64,000 bases of DNA, taken from the NCBI GenBank assembly GCA_964490365.1, contig CAZBAG010000003.1, positions 18,116-82,115 of the forward strand, read 5' to 3'. Positions 38,191-47,671 of the stretch are shown here, piece by piece (positions within the stretch are counted from its first letter, which is position 1; the number at the start of each line of letters is the position of its first letter). The notes beneath the pieces were generated by a model. It was given only the letters and a program-made list of their open reading frames with translations, was not told the DNA's origin and made no database searches. This stretch comes from an uncultured Candidatus Saccharibacteria bacterium. GTDB taxonomy: Bacteria; Patescibacteriota; Minisyncoccia; Phycocordibacterales; CSBR16-119. Made by a program: the position numbers and the translations under genes.

Positions 38191-39387
38191 TTATTTTTGA
38201 GGGGAATTGGGCGTATTTTTTCTTGGTGGTAACTTAATGATCTGACCATTATTAATACTGTACGGTGGACGTATATTATTTACCTCTGCAATAATTTCCC
38301 AATGTACTTTGTATTTTTTTGACAAGCTTTCCAGAGTATCGTTTTTCTCTACTCGATAGGTTGTCCATTTTTGTATCCATTTTTTCTTTTTCTTATGCAA
38401 TCTCCAGAGTGCAAATATGCAAATAAGTCCGAGCAGGATTACAATTTCTGAAATGAGCCCAAGGAGTGTTGGGGCAGATACAAACCATTTCGTTGCAGAT
38501 TTTACTTGTACAAGCTGACTACCACTTTTCACACCAATACTTGCACCAGAGTCTTCGTCATATTCAAATGTTGCTTTCGCAAAATAAAGCCCTCCCCAAA
38601 ATGGTTTTTTGAGTTCAAAGTTAAAATCGTACACTTCGTCGCGAAGGACAGGAAATTCTCCACCAAATTTCTCATGTGAAAGGCCAAAGAAATATCTGAC
38701 ATTGATTATTACATTGGTGTCGATAGATACATTACCAGTGTTTTTGACAGATGGCTTTAAATAGACAGATTTATTCTTCTTTTCAATACTAAAATCGTTG
38801 AATTCCAGTTTTCGAATCACCTCTCCCGGAACACTAATCGCCACTCGTACACCACTACGCAGGCTGAGTGACACCCCAACATCATCAGATGTTTTTTCTT
38901 TTATTTCTTGTATAAGTACGCAACCGTTATGTTCTCCAACGGAAGCTTGTGCTGGAACTTTTATACTAAAAGGTATGAGAATTTCTGTTCCCGCAGGAAT
39001 AGTGAGTTCGACAGTACTAGGGATACTGCCATTTTTTACTGTTTCAATGTCTTCTTCAAGATCTTGAATGTTAAATTGTATCCAATTTCCAACACCTACT
39101 GGTTCTTCTGATATTTGTGTACAAGCAAAACCGCCACCACTTGAGCGTAGTGAGTCTCTCGCATACAAAAGCAGGTTTTTAGGAGTATTAGTGCTATTAA
39201 TAACTTTTACACCTTCACCTACAGATTCACCAGGCTTGATGGTTTGAACAAAAATAGATTCAGTGCGAGGATTATCCGCTCTTGGATATGCTGGCTTTAC
39301 TCCAAAACTTACTGCCGAGCTCGTGCTAGGAAAAAAGATAACAAAGAAAAAAGTAAGGAAAGAAATCCTTAAAAAGGTGGATATCAT
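38191..39387 (-). CDS. Cell-surface protein with a signal peptide, an approximately 300-aa ectodomain, a transmembrane anchor, a KKKKK stop-transfer and a C-terminal LysM domain (DUF916/DUF3324-like architecture)
   Basis: Ectodomain start FGVKPAYPRADNPRTESIFVQTIKPGESVGEGVKVINSTNTPKN. Transmembrane segment LLGLISEIVILLGLICIFALW. LysM-like segment YRVEKNDTLESLSKKYKVHWEIIAEVNNIRPPYSINNGQIIKLP. Confidence 0.5.
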   Translation of the reverse strand: MISTFLRISFLTFFFVIFFPSTSSAVSFGVKPAYPRADNPRTESIFVQTIKPGESVGEGVKVINSTNTPKNLLLYARDSLRSSGGGFACTQISEEPVGVGNWIQFNIQDLEEDIETVKNGSIPSTVELTIPAGTEILIPFSIKVPAQASVGEHNGCVLIQEIKEKTSDDVGVSLSLRSGVRVAISVPGEVIRKLEFNDFSIEKKNKSVYLKPSVKNTGNVSIDTNVIINVRYFFGLSHEKFGGEFPVLRDEVYDFNFELKKPFWGGLYFAKATFEYDEDSGASIGVKSGSQLVQVKSATKWFVSAPTLLGLISEIVILLGLICIFALWRLHKKKKKWIQKWTTYRVEKNDTLESLSKKYKVHWEIIAEVNNIRPPYSINNGQIIKLPPRKNTPNSPQK

Positions 39388-39415
39388 ACTTTATAGTATA
39401 TCAAATAAACTTATT

Positions 39416-40117
39416 TTAAGAAGCGAGAATCGACAGTGTCATGTTGATGTCGTAGTCGTTTGCAGCTGGTTGTTCTGCTGGGATTGTTTGAGCAATATCA
39501 ATGTCTTGTACCGTCCAATCTCCCACGTCGTTTGCTCCTGCCGCCGCCGTTACAAGAGTAATTGAATCAGTGGTTCCTTGATTGAATGCGTTTGAAGATC
39601 CAAGAGTTACGTTTGATGTGGTACATGTGTCACACGCTCCAACCGTGAGCGTTCCCCCAGAAGCATCAACCGTCATTTGTCCACCAAGTGAATCTGCATC
39701 GCCGCCGTCGGTACATCCAGCTGATGTTGGATCGTTAAAATCGAAATCAGTACCCGCTGAATCCCAAACCGCTGTTGGGCCAGATGCTGCCAAAGATACG
39801 GTAAAACCGTTATCAGCGGCGTCAGGGTTTTGAATATAAATTTGTTGACTTGTAGTACCAAATGTACCGTTTGTTGTTTGACACGAAAAGCTAAAAGCAG
39901 TTGAACCGAGTGCTACGGAAGGGGAGCCAACGGTAACGTAACTTGCATTGGTGATATCTACAGAAAGGGTTCCCGCCGTAATTGTTTGTTGGAAATTTGA
40001 AGTACTTGCCGCCAGAACAATACCTGTTACGGTGAGAGAAAAGAGAAAAATAAATCCTACTACTAATAGTTTAGAAAACGGGATTCTTGAAATAAAAAAT
40101 GTACCTAGTTTTTCCAT
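39416..40117 (-). CDS. Small surface protein paralogous to the C-terminal domain of the 795-aa protein
   Basis: The conserved blocks GTFGTTSQ, DFDFNDPT, DGGDADSLGG and the tail QTIPAEQPAANDYDINMTLSILAS align with the C-terminus of the 35080-37467 protein. Confidence 0.6.
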   Translation of the reverse strand: MEKLGTFFISRIPFSKLLVVGFIFLFSLTVTGIVLAASTSNFQQTITAGTLSVDITNASYVTVGSPSVALGSTAFSFSCQTTNGTFGTTSQQIYIQNPDAADNGFTVSLAASGPTAVWDSAGTDFDFNDPTSAGCTDGGDADSLGGQMTVDASGGTLTVGACDTCTTSNVTLGSSNAFNQGTTDSITLVTAAAGANDVGDWTVQDIDIAQTIPAEQPAANDYDINMTLSILAS

Positions 40118-40209
40118 TGAATATGAAATACTCTAACAAGCACATAATACCATCAATTCACTATTACGCCACAAGAGTCACCCTGTGGAAAGTGTGAATA
40201 ACTTAGTGT

Positions 40210-41331
40210 ATGATGGTTGTAATGTTGAAAAATCTCGTTACTGGAAAAATAGAGAAGGTAAAAATATTTTCACAAAAATATAAGGTGTATGTTATGCCAG
40301 TGGTCCTTATCATTGGTTTTTTAATTGACTTTATTACTTTGCGACGGGTTGATGGCCTGTTTGATAATATTCTGCTTTCTAGTCATATTTTTATTGTGGG
40401 TCTATCAATCACACTACTCTTTTCGAAGGACACCGCACTCGGTGCACGGCTAAGAATTTTGCAACATGCTCAGAAGATAGAGTATCTCATGCTTTTTTCT
40501 TTTGGTGCGCTTTTTTCTGGTTCGATTATTTTCTTTTCTAAAAGTGCTTCATTATCAGCATCGTGGCCATTTTTTCTCTTACTCCTTATTCTTATGCTAG
40601 GGACTGAGTTTCAAAAGAAATATTTCCAAAGATTGATTTTCCAAATCAATTTTTACTATGTTGCGTTGTTCTCATATTTGATTGTACTTGTGCCGGTGCT
40701 CAAGCGAGATATGGGTCCAGATATTTTTGTGGCAAGCGGTATCTTGAGTTTAATTTTGATTGGCCTTTTCTTTCTGTTTCTTGGAGCAATTGATCATAAA
40801 AAGATGAAGCTCTATGCTCGAAAAATGATTTCCGGCATTCTGGCTATTTTCGTGTTTTTTAATTTCTTATATTTTGCAAATATTATTCCACCTATTCCAC
40901 TTTCGCTGAAGTTTACGGGTGTCTATCATTCGGTATATCGAGTGTCGGCAAATAATTATGTCGGAACATACGAGGGAGCGCCACCAGTATATTTTTGGAA
41001 AAAACGAAGCACTACAGTTCATCGAGATCCAAATGGCTCGGTCTATGTGTTTAGTTCAGTGTTTGCTCCAACAAATTTAGATACAAATATTTACCACCAG
41101 TGGCAATATTTTGATCCAGTAAAAAAAGAATGGATTGATTCAACAAAGATTAAACTGGGAGTTTCGGGAGGTAGGGAAGAAGGTTTCCGGGGATATTCGT
41201 TTAAGAGAAGTCTAACGAATGGTGTATGGCGAGTGATTGTTGAAACAGAGCGAGGACAAAAACTTGGTCAGATTAAGTTTGAGATTGCACCCAAACAAGG
41301 AGATATTATTCTAAAAGAAGAATTACTGTAA
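40210..41331 (+). CDS. Polytopic membrane protein with a C-terminal soluble domain, hypothetical
   Basis: A 373-aa protein with about seven N-terminal transmembrane segments. A terminator follows at 41340-41375. Confidence 0.45.
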   Translation: MMVVMLKNLVTGKIEKVKIFSQKYKVYVMPVVLIIGFLIDFITLRRVDGLFDNILLSSHIFIVGLSITLLFSKDTALGARLRILQHAQKIEYLMLFSFGALFSGSIIFFSKSASLSASWPFFLLLLILMLGTEFQKKYFQRLIFQINFYYVALFSYLIVLVPVLKRDMGPDIFVASGILSLILIGLFFLFLGAIDHKKMKLYARKMISGILAIFVFFNFLYFANIIPPIPLSLKFTGVYHSVYRVSANNYVGTYEGAPPVYFWKKRSTTVHRDPNGSVYVFSSVFAPTNLDTNIYHQWQYFDPVKKEWIDSTKIKLGVSGGREEGFRGYSFKRSLTNGVWRVIVETERGQKLGQIKFEIAPKQGDIILKEELL

Positions 41332-41378
41332 AAGCTAAATAAAGAAAAAACCCCTCAAGAGGGGTTTTTCTTTGTGAA

Positions 41379-41582
41379 TTAGATTCGGCTCACGTTAACG
41401 GCGTTAGGACCTTTTGGACCTTGTTCCATTTCGAATTGAACTTTATCTCCTTCTCGCAGACTATTGAATTCTACACCAACAAGATTTGTTGCGTGGAAAA
41501 ATAGGTCTTTTGCTGATTCTTGATCTGGCTTAATAAAACCAAAACCTTTATCAGTAACTCTTGCGATTGTGCCTGTTTGCAT
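41379..41582 (-). CDS. cspA: Cold-shock protein (CspA family)
   Basis: GTIARVTDKGFGFIKP and VQFEMEQGPKGPNAVNV are the RNP motifs of the cold-shock domain. Confidence 0.9.
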   Translation of the reverse strand: MQTGTIARVTDKGFGFIKPDQESAKDLFFHATNLVGVEFNSLREGDKVQFEMEQGPKGPNAVNVSRI

Positions 41583-41705
41583 GCTCTATAAGAGAAACTA
41601 CTTCTAAAATATCAAACCGATGGCTGTAGTTTTAAACCCGACTTCGTTTCTCTTACAGGTCAAATTTGATACGTCTATTAAAGCACGTTTCTTTACAGGG
41701 GTCAA

Positions 41706-42476
41706 TTATATGAGAAAAAAGAGTATGCCAGCTCCCGCAATAATTCGGTATACGCCAAATACCATAAACGAATGATGCTGTATAAACCGCATAAGAAATC
41801 TGATGGCGATATAGGCAGAAACAAACGCTACAACGAAGCCAAGAACGAGCTCGAACAGGTGCTCCTTATTTATGAGAACTTCTGATTGCAATATATCGTA
41901 TCCTGAAGCCGCAACGATGGTCGGGATGGCAAGGAGAAACGAGAATTCTATAATTGCTGTTCGTGATATGCCAAGCCCCATACCACCAAGAATGGTTGCA
42001 CCTGACCTTGATACTCCAGGAATGATCGCCAGTGTCTGTATCAGTCCAACCAAAAAGCTTTTCTTGTAGGAAATATCTTCTACCATCTCCACCCCTTTTT
42101 TCTTGTCAGTAGAGAAGTATTCAAAAAGTATAATCACAATACCTCCTACGATCATTGCAAGGGCGATAGTGGAGAGATTTTCAAGAAGAACGTCTTTGAC
42201 AAGTTGGTAGAGTAAAAAGCCAATACCAGCAGTTGGTATCCATGCTACAAGTACTTTTTTCCACAACGTACGACTTTTGAATATTTTTTGAGCGTACAAG
42301 TAAAGCACTGCTAAGATTGCACCAAGCTGAATAATAATTATGAACGATTTAAAGAAATCCGTTTCTGGAATTCCTAAAAGCTTTCCCGTAATAATAAGAT
42401 GTGCAGTTGATGATATGGGTAAAAATTCTGTAAGCCCTTCAACAATACCAAGCACAACGCTATCAAATGGAGTCAT
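41706..42476 (-). CDS. uppP: Undecaprenyl-diphosphatase
   Basis: VLGIVEGLTEFLPISSTAHL N-terminal motif. A 256-aa polytopic protein. Confidence 0.9.
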   Translation of the reverse strand: MTPFDSVVLGIVEGLTEFLPISSTAHLIITGKLLGIPETDFFKSFIIIIQLGAILAVLYLYAQKIFKSRTLWKKVLVAWIPTAGIGFLLYQLVKDVLLENLSTIALAMIVGGIVIILFEYFSTDKKKGVEMVEDISYKKSFLVGLIQTLAIIPGVSRSGATILGGMGLGISRTAIIEFSFLLAIPTIVAASGYDILQSEVLINKEHLFELVLGFVVAFVSAYIAIRFLMRFIQHHSFMVFGVYRIIAGAGILFFLI

Positions 42477-42538
42477 GGTAGTAGTATATCAAAAATACAC
42501 GACTATGAGGGTTTCTCTATGATTGCTATAATCGAGGC

Positions 42539-43177
42539 ATGAAAATAATTGCGTTATCGTGTTCTCCTTCTCGCGGGAGAAATTCTGACACCATGCTGGA
42601 CAGTTTTATCGAGGGTATCCGAGAAGTGCCATTGCTCTCGGTTGAAAAAATTTATCTTCAAGATATTCCGATCGATTACTATACATTTGAAAACAGTAAA
42701 GGAGTCTTGCCACACGAAAGTAAGTTTAAAGAACTAACCAATAGTCTTCGTAATGATGCTATCGGTCTTGTTATTGCAACTCCAACATATAACTTTTCGG
42801 TTCCAGCTCACTTAAAGAATTTCATTGACCGACTTCGATTTATAGCACTCGATATGAATGCAAAGAATAGTTTGGGGCAGCCTGTTGGACAGCTTCGTCA
42901 TCTGAAAACATATTTCTTAGTTTCCGGTGGTACGCCTTCGTGGGCAGAAAAAATATTATTTTTTGCCTTTCCTCCATTTTGGTTACGAGGAGTATTTCTC
43001 TATTTTGGTGCACGAGTAATGGGCGCAACCTATACAGGAGATATTCGTGCATTTGAAAATAAAAAGTTACTTGCCAAGTGTAAACAAAAAGGAAAACAAT
43101 ATGGGCAGCAAATCTCTTCCGGTGCTCGTCAGGGTATTCTCGAACATATCTTTTGGCGACCCCCTCAGAGTAAATAA
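42539..43177 (+). CDS. Flavodoxin-like fold NAD(P)H-dependent FMN reductase-type protein
   Basis: Motifs LSCSPSRGRNSDT and ATPTYNFSVPAHLKNFIDRL. Confidence 0.55.
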   Translation: MKIIALSCSPSRGRNSDTMLDSFIEGIREVPLLSVEKIYLQDIPIDYYTFENSKGVLPHESKFKELTNSLRNDAIGLVIATPTYNFSVPAHLKNFIDRLRFIALDMNAKNSLGQPVGQLRHLKTYFLVSGGTPSWAEKILFFAFPPFWLRGVFLYFGARVMGATYTGDIRAFENKKLLAKCKQKGKQYGQQISSGARQGILEHIFWRPPQSK

Positions 43178-43218
43178 CCCTCTATTTTTGAGGTAATTTT
43201 GTGATATACTCTTGTACT

Positions 43219-44628
43219 ATGAAAACAAAGTATACAAAGATTGTTGCAACGCTCGGTCCCGCTTCGGCCAAAGAAGATATTCTCAAAAAAATGTTTGAGG
43301 CTGGTTTAAATGTTGTTCGAATGAACTTTAGTCATGGAGACCATGCTACTCATCAAAAAAACCTTAACCTTGTAAGAAGGGTTGCAAAGAAGATTGGCGT
43401 AAGGGTTGTCATTTTGCAGGATTTGTCAGGGCCAAAAATTCGTATTGGTGAATTTAAAGAGGGATCAATTTCTCTCGTAGCTGGACAAGAATTTACACTC
43501 ACAACAGAAAAGGTGTTAGGTGACAACAGTATGGTTCATGTGAACTACGCCAAGCTCCCAGAAGAAGTTTCTGTTGGCGGAGATATTATGATCTTCGATG
43601 GAAAAATTCGTCTGAAAGTAAAAAATATCAAAGGGAAACATGTTGTCTGCACGGTGGTGAGCGGCGGAGAAATCTCAAATAAAAAAGGTGTAAATATTCC
43701 AGGTGCACATTTGTCTATAAAATCTCTCACAGAAAAAGACAAACAAGATGTGGCCTTTGGTATAAAAAATAAAGTCGAGTTTATTGCGTTCTCGTTTGTG
43801 CGGACAGGTGACGACGTGACTGAGCTCCGTTCTATTTTGCAAAAAGCAAAATCAAAAAGCTTGATCATTTCTAAAATAGAAACAACAGAGGCGGTAGAAC
43901 ATTTTGACGCTATTTTAGCGGCAACAGACGGTGTGATGGTTGCCCGAGGTGACCTTGCCGTTGAAATTGGTGCAGAATATGTTCCGGGTGTTCAAAAAGC
44001 AATTATTTCAAAATGTAACAATGCTGGTAAACCAGTGATTACCGCTACACAAATGCTTGATTCAATGGAGCACGCACCAGTGCCAACACGAGCTGAAGTC
44101 TCGGACGTGGCAAATGCAATTTTCGACGGCACCGATGCAGTGATGCTTTCAGGTGAAACAGCAACAGGTGAATATCCCGTTGAAGCAATTGCGGTGATGA
44201 ATCGTGTTGCGCTCGCAACTGAAGCAACTCTGCCAAAAAGAAAATTCATTGATCTTACTGACGCTCACAATACGATTAATGCAGTAACACTCTCAGTAGT
44301 TCGAGTCGCTGAAGATGTTGATGCAAAGGCAATTATCGCCCTGACAGAATCTGGTCTTACGGCGAAAATGGTTTCTCGTTTTCGAGCGCCATTTCCTATT
44401 TTCAGTATTAGTCCTAACGACTTCTCCTGTAGTCAGCTCATGCTTTCGTACGGTGTTATGCCAGTGAAAATGACATGCTCAAAGCACGTTGATACCTTCA
44501 CTAAGCAAATACAGAAATTTGTTCTTGATAACAAGATTGCGAAAAAGGGTGAAAAGATTGTTCTGTCTGCTGGTATGCCGTTTGGTAAGGTTGGTAGCAC
44601 GAATACGCTCTTTGTATTAGCTATTTAA
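43219..44628 (+). CDS. pyk: Pyruvate kinase
   Basis: KTKIVATLGPAS, MNFSHGDH and MVARGDLAVEIG motifs. Start taken at the internal ATG (MKTKYTKIVATLGPAS). Confidence 0.9.
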   Translation: MKTKYTKIVATLGPASAKEDILKKMFEAGLNVVRMNFSHGDHATHQKNLNLVRRVAKKIGVRVVILQDLSGPKIRIGEFKEGSISLVAGQEFTLTTEKVLGDNSMVHVNYAKLPEEVSVGGDIMIFDGKIRLKVKNIKGKHVVCTVVSGGEISNKKGVNIPGAHLSIKSLTEKDKQDVAFGIKNKVEFIAFSFVRTGDDVTELRSILQKAKSKSLIISKIETTEAVEHFDAILAATDGVMVARGDLAVEIGAEYVPGVQKAIISKCNNAGKPVITATQMLDSMEHAPVPTRAEVSDVANAIFDGTDAVMLSGETATGEYPVEAIAVMNRVALATEATLPKRKFIDLTDAHNTINAVTLSVVRVAEDVDAKAIIALTESGLTAKMVSRFRAPFPIFSISPNDFSCSQLMLSYGVMPVKMTCSKHVDTFTKQIQKFVLDNKIAKKGEKIVLSAGMPFGKVGSTNTLFVLAI

Positions 44629-44721
44629 CAATGCCTAAAACGGGTGTATACTATAGGTAAGACTATTGTGAAATAGTTAAGGAACGATAGTTTATTATAA
44701 AAATAACATCTAGTTTATTCT

Positions 44722-44973
44722 ATGAATACGAAAACCGCCTTGATCATTTTGGGTGCCGCCGTGCTTATCATTGCTATTATTGCGATTGCTCGTCCAAAGT
44801 CAGATTCTACAGGAGACGAGCCAAAAATTGATCCGGTAACAGGTGAAGTGATTCTTGGAACTGGTGGACCAGAAGATGGAACAGGAGAAGGTGCAGTGCC
44901 TGCTGATCCAAAAGATCCAAACGCTCCAGCAAACCCAACATTTCCTAAAACAGGATTTAAACCAGTTAAATAA
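44722..44973 (+). CDS. Small Pro/Gly-rich membrane-anchored protein, hypothetical
   Basis: An 83-aa protein with an N-terminal transmembrane segment and a PxP-rich tail. A terminator follows at 44975-45006. Confidence 0.35.
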   Translation: MNTKTALIILGAAVLIIAIIAIARPKSDSTGDEPKIDPVTGEVILGTGGPEDGTGEGAVPADPKDPNAPANPTFPKTGFKPVK

Positions 44974-45002
44974 AAAATAAAAATGCCGTAGTTACGGCAT
45001 TT

Positions 45003-45572
45003 TTATTTGTTCAATTTTTCTGTGAAAATAACAAGTCGCGATTCATGAGTGTTCAACCAATCGTTCCAGGTTCCGTCACAGGTGATTAGGTTGAGTCTCG
45101 ATATACCATCAGATGATGTAAAAATTTCTGACGTGTCGGCATAGAGGGGAAATTCTTTTATTTTGGTAACTCTAAAATGAGTTATTTCTCCATAATTATT
45201 TGTTACTGATACAACATCATCAAGGGCTATATTTTTTAGTTCTGTGAATACTGCATCTTCTCCGTTCATCCAGTTTACATGTCCGGCAAATACAGCACTC
45301 CCCGAGTCTCCTGGTTTTGTGCCAAACCGATACCAACCAACGTTTGTTCCAAGTGTTGGCACAGCCATGGCGCCATCGAGCATGCCCACTAGCTCAACAG
45401 GTGCATTCACGTTAATACTAGGAATCGTTATCTTTACTGGATAGGTTTCTTTCTGGGGAGTGACGTGCTCTATAGCAGGGACTACTTCAACGTCTTGTGT
45501 GGGTCTTAAAAAGGCAACAACACAAAGGGCCGTAAAGCTTGTAAAAGCAAGAATAGACGGTAGATTTTTCAT
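45003..45572 (-). CDS. Sortase-family transpeptidase
   Basis: Start at the internal MKNLPSILAFTSFTALCVVAFL transmembrane anchor. Catalytic His (VFAGHVNW) and LITCDG Cys motif. Confidence 0.7.
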   Translation of the reverse strand: MKNLPSILAFTSFTALCVVAFLRPTQDVEVVPAIEHVTPQKETYPVKITIPSINVNAPVELVGMLDGAMAVPTLGTNVGWYRFGTKPGDSGSAVFAGHVNWMNGEDAVFTELKNIALDDVVSVTNNYGEITHFRVTKIKEFPLYADTSEIFTSSDGISRLNLITCDGTWNDWLNTHESRLVIFTEKLNK

Positions 45573-45637
45573 GTCGATAGTATAGTATATATCATTGTGT
45601 GAAGATAGCTTGTCTTTATGGTATATAATGACATTAT

Positions 45638-45964
45638 ATGTTGCATAAAAAAGAAATTTCCAACAGCATTGCACATAAATTGCCTGATGATTTGCGAAAG
45701 GCACTCATGTCTTCAAACAAAGCACTTTTGGCGTGGGAAGATATTACACCACTTGCTCGTAATGAATGGATTTGTTGGACAATTTCAGTGAAACAACAAG
45801 TAACAAGAAACGAACATGTAAAAAGAGTTGTTTCTGAACTTGTAGAAGGTAAACGTCGACCATGTTGTTGGATGGGGTGTAGTCATCGAAAAGATAAACC
45901 AGTGGGCTCTTCACAAAAATTTGTTTTAAGTAGGCAATCTAAAAAGAGAACAAAACAACACTAA
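45638..45964 (+). CDS. YdeI/OmpD-associated family protein (DUF1905-like)
   Basis: DLRKALMSSNKALLAWEDITPLARNEWICWTISVKQQVTRNEHVKRVV pattern. Confidence 0.45.
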   Translation: MLHKKEISNSIAHKLPDDLRKALMSSNKALLAWEDITPLARNEWICWTISVKQQVTRNEHVKRVVSELVEGKRRPCCWMGCSHRKDKPVGSSQKFVLSRQSKKRTKQH

Positions 45965-45966
45965 TT

Positions 45967-46434
45967 ATGAAGCATTTTATGAAAAATACCCTCACATTGA
46001 TTTCCCAGATTATTCTCGCGCTTATCGGCATTGTTGCGCTCATTCTGATGATCAAACTTCCATTAACAGAAGGAAGGGCTGCATACTTAGATCTTCTAAG
46101 TATCTACACTGATCCGCTCATCACCCACGCCTACATAGCATCTATTCCTTTCTTTATTGGGCTCTATCAAGCGTGTGTTTTGCTCGGGTGCATACGCCAG
46201 AACAAACTATTTTCACCGAGTTCAGTGAAAGCCCTGAAAGTAATAAAGTTGTGCGCAGTAGTAACAAGTTTTTTTGTTATATTGGCAGGAGTATACATTG
46301 CACTATTTCACGCAGAAGGTGATGATCCAGCTGGTTTTCTTGCTTTATGCATAATGATCATCTTTGTTTCTACTATTGTTGCAATTTGTGCAAATATGTT
46401 TGAGAGGAAGTTACAAAGAGCTCTTCAAAGATAA
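45967..46434 (+). CDS. Membrane protein, hypothetical (4 transmembrane segments)
   Basis: A 155-aa polytopic protein. Confidence 0.4.
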   Translation: MKHFMKNTLTLISQIILALIGIVALILMIKLPLTEGRAAYLDLLSIYTDPLITHAYIASIPFFIGLYQACVLLGCIRQNKLFSPSSVKALKVIKLCAVVTSFFVILAGVYIALFHAEGDDPAGFLALCIMIIFVSTIVAICANMFERKLQRALQR

Positions 46435-46490
46435 AAAACTTCAATTTTCAAATAATCGTTTTTTATATCCAACTTTGATAAAATTATCCT

Positions 46491-46892
46491 ATGGATTTAA
46501 TCAGTATTACACCCAAAGATTCAATTATTTTTCAAGACAACAAAGTTTTAGTCGCCTTGGCATTTGAACCAATTACGCATGGTCACGCTATTGTTATTTG
46601 GAAAAATGGCAACCAAGACATTAATCAACTCCAAACAGAAGATTATGAATATTTGATGGATGTTGTGGGGGTTATAAGAGAAACTCTTAAAAGTTTTTAT
46701 AATCTCGAAAAGGTATACCTGATGTATCTTGATGAAATAAACTGGGTACACTGGCATCTTGTTCCTCGATATGATGAAAAAGGTTTTAATGTGCTCACTC
46801 ATAAACCCGAAAGAATTTATGATTTTCAAGACGTGAAAGAATTGGCTGATATATTCAAAAAACTTCACCAGAAGATGATTATTGAAAATTAG
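46491..46892 (+). CDS. HIT-family hydrolase-like protein
   Basis: Histidine-triad-like VHWHLVPR near the C-terminus. Confidence 0.5.
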   Translation: MDLISITPKDSIIFQDNKVLVALAFEPITHGHAIVIWKNGNQDINQLQTEDYEYLMDVVGVIRETLKSFYNLEKVYLMYLDEINWVHWHLVPRYDEKGFNVLTHKPERIYDFQDVKELADIFKKLHQKMIIEN

Positions 46893-47006
46893 TTTTTCTT
46901 CTGTTCTCGCAGTAAAAAGAGGATTTTAAGTATATCTGTGCAACTTTCATGTAAAAAGAAAACACCCCGAAAGGTATTTCCTTTTGGGGTGTTTGATGGG
47001 ATTCTC

Positions 47007-47603
47007 TTAATCCTGCTCGGCAATTGCAACTTCTTCTGCGAACCATTTCGAAATCATGGTGTCATATTTCGCAGTTGAAGCGAATGCTTCACTCGCCAAG
47101 AACTGGCGTGTGCCAACACTGGTGTTTCCAAGCTCAGCCAGCTCCTTGATCACGTTGTCATACTGAGCTGGGTTGGTCAGAACGCTCACGTGTTTCTAGT
47201 TCTTGGATCCTGCGCGGATGAGTGATGGCCCACCGATGTCGATTTGTTCAATCGATGGGTTTCCTTCAAAGTCGTAAAGATTCACGACAACGATGTCAAA
47301 CGCATACTGGATGCCGACTTGGCGCGCTTCCAGTATGTGTTGCTCATTGTCCCTGTCGTACAATATTCCACCGAAGATCTTGGAGTTCAGAGTCTTCAGT
47401 CTTCCATCCATAATGGAAGGGAACTCTGTAATCTCAGATGCATCCAAGACATGAAGTCCTGCTCTTCGGATGATATCGGCTGTGCCACCAGTCGACACAA
47501 GATCCAGTCCGGTTGTAGATATTGCTTGTGCGATTTCGACAATGATACTCTTATCCGTAACAGACAAGAGTGCCGCCCTTCGTAATTTGTTGCTCATGAT
47601 CAT
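47007..47603 (-). pseudogene. purH: Relic of the bifunctional purine biosynthesis gene purH: the MGS-like domain is intact, then a frameshift, then about 60 aa of the AICARFT linker, then nothing
   Basis: 47196-47603 encodes MIMSNKLRRAALLSVTDKSIIVEIAQAI...VVVNLYDFEGNPSIEQIDIGGPSLIRAGSKN, matching the PurH N-terminus. 47007-47189 is in another frame and encodes ...TSVGTRQFLASEAFASTAKYDTMISKWF. The remaining roughly 300 aa of the catalytic domain are absent. GC is about 47%. Confidence 0.7.
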
Positions 47604-47671
47604 GCCATTTTTTTATATTTTACATAGATTTATATAAAAAGAAACCCCAAGAGTTTTTAACTCTTGGGGTG

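Noticed and set aside
35080-40117. Confident WxL-domain annotation of the shared C-terminal domain
   Set aside because: One W-x-L-like motif (ATWTL) is present in the large protein but not in the paralogue. The conserved tryptophan is in an AFW/AVW context instead. Only the cluster architecture resembles Csc/WxL loci.
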